Numbered from the stretch's first letter, positions 26,903 through 35,198 are shown. The stretch is 39,465 bases of DNA from an uncultured Candidatus Saccharibacteria bacterium (GCA_964442475.1 CAYTZJ010000002.1:1-39465), one strand, 5' to 3'. The notes: a model not told the origin generated them from the letters alone. Made by a program: numbers and translations.

Positions 26903-28120
26903 TTATTCAACATCTACAGCCGAAGAACAGATTTGAAAAGCATTTTGTCCACCCTTTGTGACACGTACCTGAGCAGTTTTTCTTCCGGTATTATCGTACC
27001 CGATCAATGCTCTTTCAGTCGTAATGCGACCAATTCCATCACTACCAAAGCCATCACCACTCCAGAGATATGTGACACTATCGCCAGAACCACCTGTAAC
27101 AAATGCGTACCATGTAACAAGTTCCCCTATTGTTGCGGTGGTTTTGTCTGGATAACAAGACACTTCAAGCGGGCTGGCTTGTTGAGCTCGAAGAGAACCA
27201 TAGTTTGAACCACCAGCACCAAAGCTTGAAAGTCCTTTTGTTAATACTGTTTGAGCTAGTTGTCCAACAAGAGCGCCAACGATCTCGTTGATTTCATCTG
27301 CAAGCTCAAGTTGGCGAATGCCAGTACCAAGCGTATTTTCGAGCTGATTTTCGATTACCGTACCTGGTGTTTGTATTTCACTATATTCTTTACACTCCCC
27401 GGTTTGAGGGTCGCTCAAGATACAATCTCGATACGAAAGAAACCCCTGACCCCAATTTGCTTCCAAAAGTTTGATTGACTGACCACGCGCAGTTCTGATC
27501 GAAAGCTCTGTTTCTGCTGCAAGATATGCACCAACTGGATTGTTTTGAGAATTTTGGCTGATTGAAAACCAAGAATCCCACCCCCCTTGGCTGAAGTCTC
27601 CATTGGTAAATTTGGCAAAGTTTTCTGTATTGCGAATCGCATCAGTTAGACGACAATAATTTCTTTGTACATATGTAGATGAATAGTTGATTGCCAAAGC
27701 GGATCGAATGTCGAGCGAAAATGGTTCACAAACAAAACCAAGTTCTGTACCTGCGATAAAGTTACCAGCGATCTGGTCACCTACATCAGCAAAGAAACTT
27801 TCGGGATTAGAGATGAATGCTGGATTGCCTTGGAAGCCAGAGTTGATCCAGGTCACAATTGAGTTGGTGATGTTGCTAATGATGATCTGTGTCGAAGCTT
27901 TAAGAACCCCGTCCAAAATATATTCTTTTTGATTGAGGGCCGTGCTGTTTACTGATGTATTGGTAATCGCCGCTTGATTCACAACATCCCCCACTGGAAC
28001 GAATTGGGCTGAAACTTTTGTTGGAATAAAACTAAACGCGCTTAAAATCATTGCCATCACAAATAACAAAACAGTTTTCGGGATTAGTTGGAATGTTTTT
28101 TTAAAAAATCCTGTATTCAC
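26903..28120 (-). CDS. Secreted hypothetical protein with a C-terminal PKD-like domain. GTG start.
   Basis: Signal peptide ending KVSAQ, paired Cys residues, and C-terminal VTYLWSGDGFGSDG (PKD-like WxxGDG). Lies 1 nt after the upstream stop. Confidence 0.6.
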   Translation of the reverse strand: MNTGFFKKTFQLIPKTVLLFVMAMILSAFSFIPTKVSAQFVPVGDVVNQAAITNTSVNSTALNQKEYILDGVLKASTQIIISNITNSIVTWINSGFQGNPAFISNPESFFADVGDQIAGNFIAGTELGFVCEPFSLDIRSALAINYSSTYVQRNYCRLTDAIRNTENFAKFTNGDFSQGGWDSWFSISQNSQNNPVGAYLAAETELSIRTARGQSIKLLEANWGQGFLSYRDCILSDPQTGECKEYSEIQTPGTVIENQLENTLGTGIRQLELADEINEIVGALVGQLAQTVLTKGLSSFGAGGSNYGSLRAQQASPLEVSCYPDKTTATIGELVTWYAFVTGGSGDSVTYLWSGDGFGSDGIGRITTERALIGYDNTGRKTAQVRVTKGGQNAFQICSSAVDVE

Positions 28121-28121
28121 G

Positions 28122-29132
28122 TTATTGAATAGTTTTTACGAACAGTGCTCCAAATTCGTTTTCATCAAAGGTTACGCTGTTTTTTTCAAACTCTGCTGTA
28201 ATGTCTTGGATGCTTTTTTGGAATAGTTCAACATCAGAATAGTAATTTCCCACCCCTACAATCCCAATGAGTGGATCTGTAAATATTTGGCGAAATCCTT
28301 CAATGTCACTCAGGAGTTTGCTTGTGCTGTTGAGAAGAGCAAGGTGTTTGTCTGTCATGTTTTGTGGAACAGGTACAGTAGCAAGACTGTTTAAAATTGC
28401 AGTGTAGCCCTTGATGATTGGATCAAGTTTTTCGATCTCGTTTTCTTTATTGTTGAGAACAGCAGTAGAAAGAATATCCATTTCGCTTATTTTGCTTTCC
28501 GTCCTACCTTCATAGAATGCAAGTCCGAGATTGTTGCCATATGTTTTCAGATCAGAAACCGCACTGAGTTTGATATCGGTAGCGGAATATTTTTTAAAAA
28601 TAGGATCAAAATTTTTATTTGAAAATGTTTCGCTAATGATTTTATTCTGTGTTTGAGAATCAAAAACTACACCTGTTTTTTTTGCTTCAAGATAGTTTGA
28701 AAAAAGCTTCCGTCCAATTTCACCGGTTTTTGTTTTATCTGATTCGACTTGGATAACCGCTTTTGTTTTTGTTGAATTGTCGAGATCGGTTATTTTGTCG
28801 TTTGGACCGGCCTTGAGTGGATTGCGGTTTGTTTTGACTTCATCACCGTCGGATGTTCCGTCTTTGTCTGTATCGGGGTTCTTCGTGTCTGTTCCCCACA
28901 ATACTTCTTCCCAATCTTGAAGATTGTCCTCGTCGGTATCGGTCCCGTTGTTTTTTATTGTTGCTTTGATTATTTCGGCAACTTGAGATTTGTTGTCCGC
29001 AACATAAATCGAATGTGGTGTCTCTCCACCACGAACTTTTGTTGCATACACAGCAAATCCGATGGTACTTACTCCCACAAGGCACGCAAAAGCAAGAAAA
29101 AAGATTTTTCTGTTCGGTTTGACAGAACTCAT
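28122..29132 (-). CDS. Membrane-anchored protein with thrombospondin type 3-like Ca-binding repeats; first gene of the operon
   Basis: N-terminal TM (IFFLAFACLVGVSTIGFAVY), then DTDEDNLQDWEEVLWGTDTKNPDTDKDGTSDGDE, then a domain of about 230 aa of unknown type. Confidence 0.6.
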   Translation of the reverse strand: MSSVKPNRKIFFLAFACLVGVSTIGFAVYATKVRGGETPHSIYVADNKSQVAEIIKATIKNNGTDTDEDNLQDWEEVLWGTDTKNPDTDKDGTSDGDEVKTNRNPLKAGPNDKITDLDNSTKTKAVIQVESDKTKTGEIGRKLFSNYLEAKKTGVVFDSQTQNKIISETFSNKNFDPIFKKYSATDIKLSAVSDLKTYGNNLGLAFYEGRTESKISEMDILSTAVLNNKENEIEKLDPIIKGYTAILNSLATVPVPQNMTDKHLALLNSTSKLLSDIEGFRQIFTDPLIGIVGVGNYYSDVELFQKSIQDITAEFEKNSVTFDENEFGALFVKTIQ

Positions 29133-29138
29133 AGTAAA

Positions 29139-29147
29139 ATTATACCA
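29139..29147 (-). promoter_or_regulatory. Extended -10 (TGGTATAAT) placed 6 nt upstream of the first ATG of the T4SS-like operon
   Basis: The reverse complement of attatacca (29139-29147) is TGGTATAAT. It is followed by TTTACT and then ATG (29132). Confidence 0.55.
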
Positions 29148-29244
29148 AATAAATTGTTGATGTTCCCCATTCTTTCAGGGGATATTGAACAAAACCTTGA
29201 AATAGAATTTTGTTTTGCAAAATATTCGGAGTATTATTGATTTA

Positions 29245-30333
29245 ATGCCTCATTCTTTTGGAAAAATTACAGCTCTTTTTTTTGTGTGTGTTGTTTTTTC
29301 ATTTTTTGTCTGTATTACTAATGCAACTGCACAAACCAACAAACCAACTTTCTTTTTTATTCGTGATTTGAAGGAGGGATCAAGTGGCAATGATGTGTTG
29401 GAGTTGCAAAAACTCCTCAACAAAGACCCAGATACACGTATTGGGGGTACCGGGATTGGTTCTCAGGGCCAAGAATCTAGCTATTTTGGAAAAATTACTA
29501 AAGATGCTGTTACTCGATTTCAAAATAAGTATAGTACCGACATTCTTCGTCCAGCTGGGCTCACTCAAGGAACAGGAAATGTTGGTCTCTGGACTCGACT
29601 AAAGCTCAATCAGATACTCATTAATGCCCAAATTGCCCAAACACCACCATACTCAGACACCGAGGATTTTAAAGATGAATCAGAAGAAGTAATTTCACCT
29701 GAGATTGACGTTGTTACTTCAAAAACGGCTGCAAATAAGCTTAATTCCTTTATTTTAACAAACAATACTAAGGATTTAAGCCTTTCTTCTCTTTCTCGCT
29801 ACTCTGGAAAGGCTGGGTCAACAATCACATTGGCCGGAACTGGTTTTGCTAAAGAGAATACAGTGCGCCTAGGTGTTCAAAAAATAGAAAAAATGGCTTC
29901 ACAGAGCGGTAGAGAGATCAAATTTACTATACCAGAATCAACAAAGCCAGGTAGATACGACATTTCTGTCGTATCTGGAGGTAAAACCTCAAATACCATG
30001 CCTTTTATGGTGACCGTGCCCAATGGCATTGCTCCAATTGTTACCCAAATTGAGCCAAAACAAGCTAAATTTGACCAAGAAATCAAGGTTTTTGGCCAAA
30101 ATTTTACCAAAACTGACAATATTATTAGTTCTCATCTTGGAATAATTAAAAACATCTCGTCTCCTGACGAAAAAACCTTGTCGTTTTCAATTCCACTGCC
30201 TAAATATATGACTGATCCTCAAAAGTGGTTTGGAAGTAAGGATAATTTATACTGGCCCGTTACTTTATATGTGATAAATGAGAATGGAATTAGTAAACCT
30301 GGCCCTGCATCAAGCTTTATAATAAATATATGA
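29245..30333 (+). CDS. Secreted protein with a peptidoglycan-binding domain and two IPT/TIG-like domains
   Basis: Signal/TM (ITALFFVCVVFSFFVCITNATAQ). The PG-binding-1-like motif is GNDVLELQKLL...YFGKITKDAVTRFQNKY. IPT-like segments are GSTITLAGTGF and IKVFGQNF. TATTAT lies 7 nt before the ATG at 29245. Confidence 0.65.
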   Translation: MPHSFGKITALFFVCVVFSFFVCITNATAQTNKPTFFFIRDLKEGSSGNDVLELQKLLNKDPDTRIGGTGIGSQGQESSYFGKITKDAVTRFQNKYSTDILRPAGLTQGTGNVGLWTRLKLNQILINAQIAQTPPYSDTEDFKDESEEVISPEIDVVTSKTAANKLNSFILTNNTKDLSLSSLSRYSGKAGSTITLAGTGFAKENTVRLGVQKIEKMASQSGREIKFTIPESTKPGRYDISVVSGGKTSNTMPFMVTVPNGIAPIVTQIEPKQAKFDQEIKVFGQNFTKTDNIISSHLGIIKNISSPDEKTLSFSIPLPKYMTDPQKWFGSKDNLYWPVTLYVINENGISKPGPASSFIINI

Positions 30334-30722
30334 GTTTTTTTTCAAGATTTTCCTCAAAGTCACGACTGAGAATTTTATCGGCTTTTATTTTGCTTATTGG
30401 TTCTGCTACTTCTTTGGGAATTTTTTTATATAGTCGGGCAGAGTGTTCGGGTTTGCCTTTTGGTGGACTAGTTGTTTGGACAAGACCCTGCAGTTGCAGT
30501 GGAAATTTTCTTATAAGTGTTTCGGGTCCGCTTGGGGGTGAGTTTGTGTATTATCCAGGCACTCAAGCTTATGAAAGTTTTAATCTTGGCTTACAAAATA
30601 ATATGTGGGTTTTGGGTTTGTATACACCAGGAGGTGTATGTTCGGCTCTTGAGGGCGAGTGCACGACAATACCAAGTCAGGGCACAATCACACCTACGGT
30701 TGGCACATCTCCTACTTTTTAG
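30330..30722 (+). CDS. Small secreted Cys-containing hypothetical protein
   Basis: Signal/TM, then 5 Cys (AECSG, PCSCSG, VCSALEGEC). The ATGA overlap with the upstream gene suggests translational coupling. Confidence 0.55.
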   Translation: MSFFSRFSSKSRLRILSAFILLIGSATSLGIFLYSRAECSGLPFGGLVVWTRPCSCSGNFLISVSGPLGGEFVYYPGTQAYESFNLGLQNNMWVLGLYTPGGVCSALEGECTTIPSQGTITPTVGTSPTF

Positions 30723-31505
30723 TTAGATTCTTTCTGAAATTTTTTTCCAATTTTCTAGGGTAAGGTCCTCTGCCCTACTTTTTTCCGGTAGATTTAATTC
30801 TTTTAGTACATCAGCAATTTTTTCTTTTTCTGAAATTTCAGAAAGATTAGAAATAAGAATTTTTCTTTTGTGAGCAAACGCTGCTTTGATGGTGTTGAAA
30901 AACTTTTCTTCAGAAATTGTTTCAAAAAAACTTTTTGAAATGTTTTCAATTGCAATTACAGCCGAATCAACATTGGGTGCGGGTTGAAACGATCCACGGT
31001 GTACAACGGTGATTTTGTGAGGGGTTCCATATGCTTTGATGCTTAGTGAAAGCAAACTTTCTTTTTTATCCTGAGCGATAATTCGTTCAACCACCTCTTT
31101 TTGTAAAAGAAGAACCATTGCAGACGGATGATTTTTTGTTGAAAGAAAATTTCTTAGAAATTGACCGGTGATGTAATACGGAAGATTTGCTACGATTTTG
31201 TACTTTCCCTTTTCAAGGTTGAGTTCTTCTGGATTTGTTTCAAGAATGTCTTTTTCTAAAATGGTGAGGGTGCCAGTATTTATTTCGTTAGAAAATTTTT
31301 GTGTAAGCTCTTCGATCAGTCTGTTGTCTTTTTCAACCGCAATTACGCGTGCTCCCGCTGTTAAAAGCGCCTTAGTAAGAACACCCCTTCCTGGTCCAAC
31401 TTCTAAAATTTTTTCACCGACTGTAATTTTTGCAGCAGAAACTATTTTGAAGATTGCTGCTTCTGATGTTAGAAAATTTTGACCTAAACTTTTTTTGGCT
31501 TTCAT
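30723..31505 (-). CDS. rsmA: 16S rRNA (adenine1518/1519-N6)-dimethyltransferase
   Basis: SLGQNFL and the SAM motif ILEVGPGRGVLT. NLPYYIT. Confidence 0.9.
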   Translation of the reverse strand: MKAKKSLGQNFLTSEAAIFKIVSAAKITVGEKILEVGPGRGVLTKALLTAGARVIAVEKDNRLIEELTQKFSNEINTGTLTILEKDILETNPEELNLEKGKYKIVANLPYYITGQFLRNFLSTKNHPSAMVLLLQKEVVERIIAQDKKESLLSLSIKAYGTPHKITVVHRGSFQPAPNVDSAVIAIENISKSFFETISEEKFFNTIKAAFAHKRKILISNLSEISEKEKIADVLKELNLPEKSRAEDLTLENWKKISERI

Positions 31506-33481
31506 CTGAGATCTATTACACGTTCATTGTATCCTGAGTCTGAATCAAAAAAACCGTCACCGCCTGGTTTTGCGACCAAAAATTCTTTTTCTGTTAGCTC
31601 AGGAGGAATATCAAAAAGAAATTCAGAAGGAGTGTGAATTTCTTGTTCACCGAAAATGGTTCGAACTTGTGAGTATGCAAGGTATACCTTTTTACGAGCT
31701 CGAGTTATGGCCACATAGAATAATCGCCGTTCTTCTTCGCCTTCGTGTGCGCTGACGTTTCCCTTGCCCATTCTTTCATGTGGGAAAAGTCCTTGTTCGA
31801 GTCCAGTAATGAATACGTAATCAAATTCCAGACCCTTTGCAGAGTGAACTGTCATGAGTTTTACCGAAGCCTGCTTCTCTCCTGGGGCTTCTTCCTGTGC
31901 AGCAAGCGCTGCGTCTCCGAGAAATACTTCGATGCTATCTGTTGGTGGCAGACTATCATAACGTGTTGCCAGGGTGACAAGTTCCATTAGATTTTCAAAT
32001 CGTTCTTGATCCTCATCACTACCCTGTTTAAACATTTCTTCTATTCCGCTATCTTTTAAAACAAATTTGATTATTTCTGAAGCGGGAGCAGTTTTTGTTT
32101 TCTCAGCAATTCGATCAAGGAGTGCAAAAAATACACCAACCTTTCTTTGAATTGCGGGGGAAATTTTTTCCATTTGTCCCTGTCGAAGTTTTTCTAATGT
32201 TGCTTCGCCAATTCCTCGAGCGGGCAGATTGATAACACGGCCAATATCTGACCAAGAATCGCGATTAAGCGCTGCGCGAATAAAAGATAAAATATCTTTC
32301 ACCTCTTTTCGTTCAAAGAATTTTGTTCCGATCATTGAGTACGGGATCCCTAAACCCATGAATGCCTCTTCAAGTGTTCGAGATTGAAAGTTCGCTCGGT
32401 ACAAAACGGCAATTTCGTCAGGACTAATTCCTTTTTCGATAAGCGTTCGTGTTTTGTGAGCGACGAAGTAAGCCTCTTGAAGTTCACTCCAACCCTCAAA
32501 AACTCCAATTTTGTCGCCAAAACCCTTTTGAGTAAAAAGATTTTTTTCGATTCGTTGCTTATTTTTTTTGATAATTTGATTTGCAGTATCGATAATTGTT
32601 TTTGTTGAACGATAATTTTCCTCAAGAAGAACCACCCTTGAATTTGGGAAGTCTTTTTCGAATCGCAGGATGTTTGAAATATCAGCACCTCGCCAAGAAT
32701 AAATATTTTGATCCGCGTCGCCCACAACGCAAATATTTTTATGGCTGTCGGTTAGAAGTCGTGCGATTTGGTATTGAACAGTGTTGGTGTCCTGATACTC
32801 ATCAATATGAATATATTTCCACAGATTTTGGTAATACTCCCGTACCTCCTGATTCTTTTTAAGAAGTTGCATGGTAACAAGAAGCAAATCGTCGAGGTCG
32901 AGTGATTTTTCTTTTGCTAAGACGTTTTCGTATTCTAACCAGACGGAAGAAACAATTTTAGGAAAATATTCTTGTCCAACGTTATCAGCATACTCGGTGG
33001 CAATCACCCCCTTTCCTTTTAGACCAGAAATTGCGTTTAAGATTTTTGCGGGATCGTACTGCTTTGGATCATAGCCCTTTGTTGTCAAAATTTCTTTTAC
33101 AATTTTTTTTCCGTCAGATTTGTCTGAAATTGAGAAAAAACGCGGTAATCCTAACAGTTGGCAGTTTTGTTTGATGATATGAACACCGAGTGCGTGAAAT
33201 GTGTTGATGAATGGTTTGATTCCGGATGCATAGGCTTGAGCAAGATCTTTGTCATCTAGACAGAGTTTTTCTACTCGCTCACGCATTTCGCGAGCGGCTT
33301 TGTTTGTGAATGTGATCGCCAAAATCCTTTCAGGAGAAACACCATTTTTCATTAAATGAAAAATGCGATACGTGATAGTTTTTGTTTTTCCGGCACCAGC
33401 ACCAGCGACAATCAGTACTGGACCCTCAGTTTGGAGTACGGCTTCCTTTTGTTTCTCATTCAAGTCATTAAGAAAATTCAT
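31502..33481 (-). CDS. pcrA: UvrD/PcrA-family ATP-dependent DNA helicase
   Basis: AGAGAGKTKTITYR (Walker A), HIDEYQDTN, YRSTKTI and VTLATRYDS...TVHSAKGLEFDYVF. Confidence 0.9.
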   Translation of the reverse strand: MNFLNDLNEKQKEAVLQTEGPVLIVAGAGAGKTKTITYRIFHLMKNGVSPERILAITFTNKAAREMRERVEKLCLDDKDLAQAYASGIKPFINTFHALGVHIIKQNCQLLGLPRFFSISDKSDGKKIVKEILTTKGYDPKQYDPAKILNAISGLKGKGVIATEYADNVGQEYFPKIVSSVWLEYENVLAKEKSLDLDDLLLVTMQLLKKNQEVREYYQNLWKYIHIDEYQDTNTVQYQIARLLTDSHKNICVVGDADQNIYSWRGADISNILRFEKDFPNSRVVLLEENYRSTKTIIDTANQIIKKNKQRIEKNLFTQKGFGDKIGVFEGWSELQEAYFVAHKTRTLIEKGISPDEIAVLYRANFQSRTLEEAFMGLGIPYSMIGTKFFERKEVKDILSFIRAALNRDSWSDIGRVINLPARGIGEATLEKLRQGQMEKISPAIQRKVGVFFALLDRIAEKTKTAPASEIIKFVLKDSGIEEMFKQGSDEDQERFENLMELVTLATRYDSLPPTDSIEVFLGDAALAAQEEAPGEKQASVKLMTVHSAKGLEFDYVFITGLEQGLFPHERMGKGNVSAHEGEEERRLFYVAITRARKKVYLAYSQVRTIFGEQEIHTPSEFLFDIPPELTEKEFLVAKPGGDGFFDSDSGYNERVIDLR

Positions 33482-33577
33482 ATGAATATTGAGTATATCA
33501 CATGTGTTATTTCACGGCCTTATAGAGCCATTTTTTATAAATATTTGGACGTTGTCCACATTATGTCGTGCTATGCG

Positions 33578-33605
33578 TTGACCGAGGGTTTGCCTGCAGT
33601 ATAAT
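33578..33605 (+). promoter_or_regulatory. Near-consensus promoter TTGACC-16-TATAAT about 130 nt upstream of the LysM/M23 gene
   Basis: TTGACC (33578-33583), 16 nt spacer, TATAAT (33600-33605). Confidence 0.55.
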
Positions 33606-33637
33606 GATCGAGTACTGAAATAAATCTGAAATAAAAC

Positions 33638-33658
33638 GGCTCTACAGAGCCATTTTTT
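33638..33658 (+). terminator. Short terminator-like hairpin inside the M23 leader (possible attenuator)
   Basis: GGCTC taca GAGCC, then A and TTTTTT. It lies between the promoter and the ATG at 33736. The stem is only 5 bp, so it is weak. Confidence 0.35.
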
Positions 33659-33735
33659 CACGGAATTACCGAATTATCATTAGTTCTAGGCTTATTTTAA
33701 AACTTTCTCCTAAACTCTCTTTCCGACGACGCAGT

Positions 33736-34746
33736 ATGACGGAGTTTACTAAATTTAAAAGCATTTTTTTTACTCTGACCTTTTCAGCGGTTACGTTTAG
33801 TTTTTTGATTTTCCCTGGTTTTGCCCACAAGGCTAATGCTGGGGTTTTTTCTTTTCTTTCAAATGTTCTTTCTGGTACAGAAAGTATTGATAATTCAACA
33901 GAAAGTCACACCAATTCGCAGAAGCTTTCTATATTACAAGCTCCCCTAGCTGCCAAACTTGCTGTTGGTGGCGCCGAAATCACTATCGTAGATAATTCAG
34001 CTCTTGAGTACGAATCTGACTCTGGCACCGACGGTTACAAAACAGATCAGATCAGCACATATATTGTTCATGAGGGCGATACCCTTTCTCAGATTGCCAA
34101 AATGTTCGGTGTTTCTGTAAATACGATTGTTTGGGCAAATGATATTAAAAATGGAGTGATTTCTCCTGGGGACGATCTTGTTATCCTTCCTGTTTCGGGT
34201 GTAAAGCATAAGGTTAAAGAAGGAGACACTCTTCAGTCCATTGCAAAAAAGTATGACGCCGATCTCGGTGAAGTATTAAGTTTTAACGGTCTTGGTTCTG
34301 ATGCAAAACTGGCTGTTGGTCAGGAAATCATTGTTCCAAACGCTGAGGTTGAAACAGTTTCAAAGACTCTAGTAAAAACAGGTGGAACGATTAATTCTAG
34401 CGGTTACTTCATTCGTCCAATTGCCGGTGGTCATAAATCTCAAGGTATTCATGGTTATAACGGTGTTGATCTTGCGGCTCCAGTTGGTACAAACATCGTG
34501 GCAGCTGCTGGTGGAAAAGTGATTGTTAGCAAGAGTAACGGTGCGTACAACGGAGGTTATGGAAACTATGTTGTTATTTCTCATCCCAACGGCACGCAAA
34601 CCCTCTATGCACACATGAAGAATGTAAATGTAAGTGTTGGTCAGACTGTAAAGCAGGGTGATCTTGTTGGAACTATTGGTATGACTGGCAGAACTACGGG
34701 TCCACATGTTCATTTCGAGATTCGTGGTACAAAAAATCCGTTCTAA
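33736..34746 (+). CDS. LysM-domain M23 family metallopeptidase (cell-wall endopeptidase)
   Basis: Signal/TM, two LysM repeats (HEGDTLSQIAKMFGVSVNTIVWAN and KEGDTLQSIAKKYDADLGEVLSFN), and M23 motifs HGYNGVDLAAPVGT and GPHVHFEI. Confidence 0.9.
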   Translation: MTEFTKFKSIFFTLTFSAVTFSFLIFPGFAHKANAGVFSFLSNVLSGTESIDNSTESHTNSQKLSILQAPLAAKLAVGGAEITIVDNSALEYESDSGTDGYKTDQISTYIVHEGDTLSQIAKMFGVSVNTIVWANDIKNGVISPGDDLVILPVSGVKHKVKEGDTLQSIAKKYDADLGEVLSFNGLGSDAKLAVGQEIIVPNAEVETVSKTLVKTGGTINSSGYFIRPIAGGHKSQGIHGYNGVDLAAPVGTNIVAAAGGKVIVSKSNGAYNGGYGNYVVISHPNGTQTLYAHMKNVNVSVGQTVKQGDLVGTIGMTGRTTGPHVHFEIRGTKNPF

Positions 34747-34767
34747 ATATCTTTCAAAAAATAAAAA

Positions 34768-34822
34768 AGAAACCGCCCTGTCCCACGAAGCTCTGAAAGA
34801 GCGAAATGGAAGGGCGGTTTTA
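34768..34822. terminator. Bidirectional terminator, long hairpin
   Basis: AACCGCCCT (34771-34779) pairs with AGGGCGGTT (34811-34819), with an inner GCTCT/AGAGC helix. A-rich upstream, TTTT downstream. Confidence 0.65.
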
Positions 34823-34833
34823 TATTGGTTCGA

Positions 34834-35118
34834 TCAGTGGGAAATGAGCCGAAGGACGTGTTCTTCGAGGTCATCGACCGTACAATTTCTCAGGACCTCG
34901 TTTGTAGGGAAATTCTCTCCTGTGATTTGAATGTTGAGATCTTCTTGCAGTTTCTCGCGTAGTTCGGTGAAATCCCCCTCGTCATCTAAACCGATGAGGA
35001 GGTCGCCTCCGAGCCTGTCTGTCCCATTGATTTGTTTCTTCGGAACGCCACTTATATCGTAAAGAATTTCATAGATACTGTTTCTTACTCGCCTGTGTGC
35101 CGTTGCTTCTTTTGTCAT
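34834..35118 (-). CDS. ACP-fold-like small protein lacking the canonical DSL serine
   Basis: Layout is carrier-protein-like (RLGGDLLIGLDDEGDFTELREKLQEDLNIQI) but has no Ser at the attachment position. A strong SD (AGGAGAAAAC then ATG) is unusual for this window. GC is elevated. Confidence 0.5.
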   Translation of the reverse strand: MTKEATAHRRVRNSIYEILYDISGVPKKQINGTDRLGGDLLIGLDDEGDFTELREKLQEDLNIQITGENFPTNEVLRNCTVDDLEEHVLRLISH

Positions 35119-35198
35119 GTTTTCTCCTGTGTAGTGATGGCACCAGTGATGCGTACCAGAGTGCTATGTGTTCTGGCAAGGATTTTCTTACACAATTA

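Noticed and set aside
25876-26961. Plus-strand ORFs 25876-26274 and 26503-26961 opposite the VirB6-like gene
   Set aside because: They are antisense to a long hydrophobic-protein gene, which typically yields long spurious mirror ORFs. There are no independent signals.
17451-29132. The T4SS-like cluster as an integrative conjugative element or plasmid remnant
   Set aside because: No integrase, relaxase, coupling protein, replication or partition genes, and no flanking direct repeats. Composition and start-signal style match the housekeeping flanks.
33356-33604. 82 aa plus-strand ORF spanning the pcrA start and the intergenic region
   Set aside because: It overlaps the pcrA N-terminus in antisense and runs across promoter elements. 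There is no supporting signal.
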